From Flavobacteriales bacterium (lineage in GTDB: Bacteria; Bacteroidota; Bacteroidia; Flavobacteriales_D; Sanyastnellaceae), in contig JADHRK010000001.1 in assembly GCA_016777435.1 (NCBI GenBank), forward strand, positions 1 to 62,192: 62,192 nt of DNA, given 5' to 3'. Shown here in pieces: positions 57,259-62,192 of the stretch; position 1 is the stretch's first letter, and every line of letters starts with the position of its first letter. The notes beneath the pieces are model-generated. The model did not search any database and was not told the origin of the DNA. It saw only the letters and a list, made by a program, of their open reading frames with translations. The translations under genes were made by a program, and so were the position numbers.

Positions 57259-57856
57259 GCTGCAATGAAGTTTGCTCCGCTGCATCCTGAATCAATGCAT
57301 CAATGGCTCGGGCATAATAACGATGTTCCAGTTGCGCTACTTTCTGAGCAATCTGTTCGGGCTCATCTTCGGGCTCCAGGGCGCACGAAGCTTGAAAAAC
57401 AACATCGCCCTCATCATAGGCTGACGTCACCCAATGAACCGTCATTCCAGATTCTACGCAACCCGCTGCTTTGACCGCTTGGTGGACATGCATTCCATAC
57501 ATGCCCTTGCCGCCAAAGTCCGGCAGCAATGCCGGATGAATGTTCACCATTCGACCTTTAAAATGCCCCACCATTGCTTCCGGAATGCGCAAAAGAAAGC
57601 CTGCCAAAACCACCCAATCCACTTGGGATGAACAAAGCATATCCAAGACCGCGCCGTTCCTCAATTCCGACGCCTGAAACGGTGTTGTTTCCAGTCCTAG
57701 CGACCGCGTGCGTTTGTATATCCCCGCATGCGTTTCTGGACGATTGCAGCCCACCCAGACCACATCGGCCAATGCGCTGTCCTCAAAATACCGAAGAATC
57801 GCTTCAGCATTCGACCCAGAACCAGACGCTAAAACGGCGATGCGTTGTTTTTCCAA
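57251..57856 (-). CDS. purN: Phosphoribosylglycinamide formyltransferase
   Basis: IAVLASGSGSNAEAI, VVLAGFLLRIP, MVNIHPALLPDFGGKGMYG, GMTVHWVTSAYDEGDVV. Confidence 0.9.
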   Translation of the reverse strand: MEKQRIAVLASGSGSNAEAILRYFEDSALADVVWVGCNRPETHAGIYKRTRSLGLETTPFQASELRNGAVLDMLCSSQVDWVVLAGFLLRIPEAMVGHFKGRMVNIHPALLPDFGGKGMYGMHVHQAVKAAGCVESGMTVHWVTSAYDEGDVVFQASCALEPEDEPEQIAQKVAQLEHRYYARAIDALIQDAAEQTSLQHG

Positions 57857-57860
57857 AGCG

Positions 57861-60800
57861 TTAAAATTCGAAGGCGCCCATGGAAGCGATGCGTTGCTCC
57901 GCGGCGGCCATCATCGTCTCCAACTCAACCATTTGTGCTTCCAGTTCTGGCCCGAGGGAATCTTCCGGCAAGTAGAGCGTTGCGGTTTGGACCATCACTT
58001 GTGCGACTTGTTTTGCAATACGCCGTTCTTGAGATTTCGAACGGAAACGCGCCGGGTCCAATGAGTGGTAATATTCCAAATCATCAGCTTGAATCTCAAA
58101 CAATCGACGTGTCAGGTCTGACCCCAACCTTTTGGCCAAGGCTCGTCGTTCATCCGTCAGGTCAAAGACCTTTATGCCAGGGGCGGTGGAGGTAGATGCC
58201 AATTCCAAAAGACTTCCTTGAATGCTCACCAATACTCGGCTCATTGGAACGTTCTTCTCCGGCATTCTCACCAAAACCTGCTCAATAACATCCAATGCCC
58301 GATCCGGATCTCCTTCCTTCATGAGGGTTTCCGCTAAAATGGAAAGCTGCAGCCTAAAATTGGTGACCATTCGGCGATTGTTCTCATCCATGTAGATCCC
58401 GTCTTCGACATTGTCCATTCCTCCCCACGACCATTTGTCCATGACATTCTCGTACATCGTGTTCGCGGCGACACCGCCATATGCATTCGGATTATCATTT
58501 TGAGGGTAACGAATTGGGACCAATCGGTAAGCCAATCCCTCCAAGCGGAAGAATGATTGCAATCCCATATAACTGTCAGGGCCAGTCGTTACCGCAAAGT
58601 AGATGGGACGTTCCCAATTGTTGCCCCGAATCATGTCAAGCACCGCAAATTGACTTTTCAAAATGTAGCCTTTGGGCTTTCCATTCGATCCTGATAACGT
58701 AAACTCCAAGGCATCTAGCCGTTCGGGCATTTCTTCCGGTGAAAGGACGTTGTGCGCCACCAATGCCGCGCTATCAACCGGGATGCGCAAGCTATGCGAA
58801 GGCAATACCGCGTATTTCTTCCCACCGCCAAATGCCCTTGTTTTGGAATCATCGAGCGCGAATGCCATCGCAGATTCAAGGTCCATGTAAGGTGCCGAGG
58901 AGTTCGAAGGCCGGTCCAAAACGACCACATCACGTGTACCTTGCCGATAGCTTTCTTCGTCCATCAAGATGGGCAATGGTGCACTCTCATACGCTTGTCG
59001 TTTCATCTGATCGATGTACCAGTCCGTGTTGAGCAAACTCAAGTTGCAAATTCGAACATCCGTCCGGTAGCCTTCCACCTCTTGGACATACCAAAGCGGG
59101 AACGTATCGTTGTCTCCGTTCGTGAACAGGATGGCATTTTCCTCCAATGAATCCAAATAATTCTTGGCAAAGTCCACCCCGGTTCGTCGGTTGGCCCGGC
59201 TGTGGTCGTCCCAGCCCTCCGTTGCCATGAGGCACGGAACGGACATCGCGAGCAAGACCATGCATTGGGCCCGAAGCGATTCTTTCAGCGACAAAGCGTT
59301 CAGTAACCATGCGATTCCAAGCACCAAAGCCACCACTCCCGCCATGAACGCAATCGAGGCACTCAATGCATGTGGGCCACCCGACACCTGTTCCAAGCCA
59401 TACAGCACCACTGCAGCAGTGGCGCTGCCACCCAATACCTGAACAAATTCCCGGACATCCGCCTTCCTTGCCCATTCGAAAAGGGCATAAACCCCCAAGC
59501 CAATCCAAATCGCAAAAGCGTAAAATGATCCCACAAATGCATAATCCCGTTCACGGGGTTGAAACGGATATTGATTGAGGTAAACCACGATGGCCATTCC
59601 AGTCAGAACGAACAACGCGGCAACGACCAAAAATTGCCTTGGATCTCGAATCGCGTGGAAAATCAATCCGATGAGTCCGAGCAGCAGTGGCAAATAATAA
59701 AACCGATTGTATGCCTTGTTGGCCTTGGCCACCTCGGTCAATTTTGATTGATTCCCCAAGCGCTGTTCATCAATGGAAGCAATGCCCGAAATCCAATTTC
59801 CTTCGGAGAAATTTCCATGCCCCTGGAAGTCGTTTTGTTTCCCCGAAAAGTTCCACAGGAAGTAGCGGAAATACATCCACCCCATCTGATAATCTTTGAA
59901 GTAACGGAAGTTTTCAGCTGTGCTGGGAACCAAATCGGCTTGGATTCGGTCGAGCATTCCTTCCATTTGACGCACACGACGGACGTCTTCTTGAGAGCCA
60001 CTGCGATTTGCCTGCACCGTTGCTGAACGGATCTGGCTTTCCAATTGCGCTTTTTCGCCCTCCAATCGGCTGACATAGGCCTGGCCTGAAGTCAATCCAG
60101 ACTGCAAATCGTTCACCATAAAGTTGACGAGGGTTTCTAAAATCCCATCGTCATCGAGTGGAGCGCGTTGCATGTTTCCAGACTCAAAATCACGCACCAA
60201 AAGCTCAGTTGCTGAGGCCACTTCGTACCGCTCGTCGAAACGCAGGTTATACGATCGGTATAGTCCATTGAGCGCGCGGCTCAGTGCTTCCTTGGACATT
60301 CCTGCTTTCAAATAGTCTGCTGCAATGTGCGCTTCAAATTGTTGGGCATTCATGGCCGAATCGTTCAGAGGACTCGTGAAAGAAGCAACCTGATTGTATC
60401 CCTTGTAATTGCTCCAACTCTTGTACGCTTCAATGTGATTGGCCTGCGTAGAATACATGCGAGGAAACTTCATCGTGAAACGCTCATCATAATTGGGGAC
60501 GTTCGCTATGCGGTCTCCACTGTCGACGTATTCTTCTTGAATGCGCATCCGTTTCGTGCCATTCGCTGCTATCCAAGACTCAGCACCTCCTTCCGTTCGG
60601 AACGATTTTATTCGTTTGTCGGTGCCGCGGTCTTCCATGATGCTGAAGCTTTTCACGAAACTTGGACGGCCGTCTGTGTAAGGCTGCTGCTTCTCCGTTG
60701 GGCTCCCCCAGTATTCTCCCGTGGCGAGCGGTCGATCGCCATATTGCTCGCGGTTCAAATAGGAGAGCAACGCAAACAAATCTTCTGGATTGTTCTCGTC

Positions 60801-61748
60801 CATGGGTGGATTCGCGGCACTGCGAATCACAATCACGGCAAAAGTGGAGTAGCCAATCAACACCATGACCATCCCCAAAACGAAGGTGTTGGCGGCAACC
60901 CAATTTTTCATCTGCGTCCACCAAATGGCAAACGAAAGGAATCCAATGAGCACGGCTGCATAGACCATGACACCCGTATTGAACCCCATCCCCAAGTCAT
61001 TCACAAAAAACAACTCGAATTTGCCAGCCAAATTCACAACGCCTTTGATCAATCCTTCTTGAATAAAGCCCAAAATTCCTACGGCGACAGCAGCTGTAAT
61101 CAACAACCCTTTCCAAGAAAATTCATGCCGCTTGAAATAGTACACCAACGCAATGGCAGGAATGGCCAACAGATTCAACAGGTGAACCCCAATGGATAAC
61201 CCCATGAGGTAGGCGATGACTAAAATCCAGCGCAAATTGCCCGGTTCGTCTGCTACGGACTCCCACTTCAAGATGGCCCAAAACACCAAGGCGGTGAACA
61301 AGGATGACAAGGCATATACCTCTCCTTCTACTGCAGAAAACCAAAAACTGTCGCTAAAGGTGTAGGCCAAGGCCCCGACGGCACCCGAGCCTAAAACGGC
61401 CCACGTCTGCCCCTTCGAAATCTCCCCCGATCCGCCGCCCGTAAATTTTTTAGCCAGGTGCGTAATGCTCCAGAAGAGAAAAAGAATCGTAAACGAACTG
61501 CTCAATGCAGAAAGTGCATTTGCAAAGACTGCCGCCGTTTCTGGCGTGGAGAATACCATGAGAAAACGAGCCAGCAACATGAAAAAAGGTGCCCCGGGAG
61601 GGTGGCCTACTTCCAACTTGTATGCCGAGGCAATGAATTCGCCGCAATCCCAGAAACTCGCCGTTGGCTCAATGGTCGACAGGTATACAATGGTCGCTAC
61701 GGCCCAGATGCCCCATCCCGTCCAATTGTTAAGTTTTCTATAGCTCAT
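57861..61748 (-). CDS. Large DUF2723 (TMEM260/GT-C-like) polytopic membrane protein, a putative glycosyl/mannosyltransferase
   Basis: The N-terminus is WTGWGIWAVATIVYLSTIEPTASFWDCGEFIASAYKLEVGHPPGAPFFMLLARF. More than 10 TM helices are split by a large soluble insert, with a helical-repeat C-terminus. 1295 aa. Confidence 0.7.
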   Translation of the reverse strand: MSYRKLNNWTGWGIWAVATIVYLSTIEPTASFWDCGEFIASAYKLEVGHPPGAPFFMLLARFLMVFSTPETAAVFANALSALSSSFTILFLFWSITHLAKKFTGGGSGEISKGQTWAVLGSGAVGALAYTFSDSFWFSAVEGEVYALSSLFTALVFWAILKWESVADEPGNLRWILVIAYLMGLSIGVHLLNLLAIPAIALVYYFKRHEFSWKGLLITAAVAVGILGFIQEGLIKGVVNLAGKFELFFVNDLGMGFNTGVMVYAAVLIGFLSFAIWWTQMKNWVAANTFVLGMVMVLIGYSTFAVIVIRSAANPPMDENNPEDLFALLSYLNREQYGDRPLATGEYWGSPTEKQQPYTDGRPSFVKSFSIMEDRGTDKRIKSFRTEGGAESWIAANGTKRMRIQEEYVDSGDRIANVPNYDERFTMKFPRMYSTQANHIEAYKSWSNYKGYNQVASFTSPLNDSAMNAQQFEAHIAADYLKAGMSKEALSRALNGLYRSYNLRFDERYEVASATELLVRDFESGNMQRAPLDDDGILETLVNFMVNDLQSGLTSGQAYVSRLEGEKAQLESQIRSATVQANRSGSQEDVRRVRQMEGMLDRIQADLVPSTAENFRYFKDYQMGWMYFRYFLWNFSGKQNDFQGHGNFSEGNWISGIASIDEQRLGNQSKLTEVAKANKAYNRFYYLPLLLGLIGLIFHAIRDPRQFLVVAALFVLTGMAIVVYLNQYPFQPRERDYAFVGSFYAFAIWIGLGVYALFEWARKADVREFVQVLGGSATAAVVLYGLEQVSGGPHALSASIAFMAGVVALVLGIAWLLNALSLKESLRAQCMVLLAMSVPCLMATEGWDDHSRANRRTGVDFAKNYLDSLEENAILFTNGDNDTFPLWYVQEVEGYRTDVRICNLSLLNTDWYIDQMKRQAYESAPLPILMDEESYRQGTRDVVVLDRPSNSSAPYMDLESAMAFALDDSKTRAFGGGKKYAVLPSHSLRIPVDSAALVAHNVLSPEEMPERLDALEFTLSGSNGKPKGYILKSQFAVLDMIRGNNWERPIYFAVTTGPDSYMGLQSFFRLEGLAYRLVPIRYPQNDNPNAYGGVAANTMYENVMDKWSWGGMDNVEDGIYMDENNRRMVTNFRLQLSILAETLMKEGDPDRALDVIEQVLVRMPEKNVPMSRVLVSIQGSLLELASTSTAPGIKVFDLTDERRALAKRLGSDLTRRLFEIQADDLEYYHSLDPARFRSKSQERRIAKQVAQVMVQTATLYLPEDSLGPELEAQMVELETMMAAAEQRIASMGAFEF

Positions 61749-61862
61749 ATTCGTAGTGGCAATCGCTCTTGATTGGCCAGCACGAAGTTAATGCACCTCC
61801 CGCGATGAATCACGCTTAATTCGGGGGTGAATCCCCGTCGTTTTCAACTGTTTTTCCAACGT

Positions 61863-62192
61863 TCAGCGGAGAATTCTGAGCTTGGTGTGCACAGGTTCAC
61901 GGCTTTTAACGGCCCAAGTAACAACGTACCATCCTTCGGGCAATTGAGCAACATTCATTGAACCTGATGCGCTGAACACCTCTTGATTCATCACCATGCG
62001 TCCATCAAGTGTATGAATGAGCAATGTTGTGCCGCCTGCGAAGTCAGTTTCTTTCCAGAACAGAGCACTGTTCGTTGGGTTCGGCCAAACTTCGAATGAC
62101 GCTGCTGACGCTGCCGTTCCGAACAAATCAGAAGTCCCCGTGCAGTCCGAACAAATCTCCACCTCGGCAAAAACCCCTGCCGGACATTCCGG
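61863..62192 (-). CDS. 3' end of a T9SS CTD-bearing secreted protein (5' part beyond the window end)
   Basis: The frame stays open upstream of the track's GTG start through to the window edge (...PECPAGVFAEVEICSDC...). The C-terminus is FEVWPNPTNSALFWKE...LPEGWYVVTWAVKSREPVHTKLRILR. Confidence 0.55.
   Translation of the reverse strand, partial: PECPAGVFAEVEICSDCTGTSDLFGTAASAASFEVWPNPTNSALFWKETDFAGGTTLLIHTLDGRMVMNQEVFSASGSMNVAQLPEGWYVVTWAVKSREPVHTKLRILR

Noticed and set aside
61830-61845. The small hairpin CGGGG-GTGAAT-CCCCG between the partial T9SS cargo gene and the DUF2723 gene
   Set aside because: The stem is only 5 bp. On the transcribed (minus) strand it is not followed by a T tract, so it is too weak to call a terminator.

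Overview
This is a dense, almost gap-free chromosomal segment from an aerobic Bacteroidota (Flavobacteriia-like) genome. It holds about 50 CDS. I saw no rRNA, tRNA, CRISPR array, IS element or prophage. Many adjacent genes share ATGA, GTGA or TGATG stop/start overlaps.

Housekeeping blocks:
- maeB-ruvA-sprA (sprA runs off the left edge)
- M20 dipeptidase, LEA_2-like lipoprotein and sortilin/BNR protein
- proline dehydrogenase
- trhO
- ruvB-queG
- a complete alternative complex III operon (actABCDEF) directly followed by coxII-coxI
- rimP-nusA-infB
- ybdL-yafV, gcdH, and DUF2723-purN-rnhA

Two blocks look less ordinary:
- 6.2-14.0 kb holds four thioredoxin-fold CxxC proteins. One is periplasmic and TlpA-like, two carry T9SS sorting domains, and one is an Omp28-like lipoprotein. 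They are interleaved with two outer-membrane beta-barrels.
- 20.4-26.3 kb holds a pentahaem c-type cytochrome with a T9SS sorting domain, followed by a FecA-like TonB-dependent receptor. A PQQ-dependent dehydrogenase, also T9SS-tagged, is transcribed divergently from it. I read this as a candidate cell-surface redox and iron module, and it is my best guess for an undescribed system here.

The window is also rich in T9SS content overall: SprA, a PorZ-like protein and at least 7 CTD-bearing cargo proteins.

All family calls come from reading the translations by eye. No database search was run.
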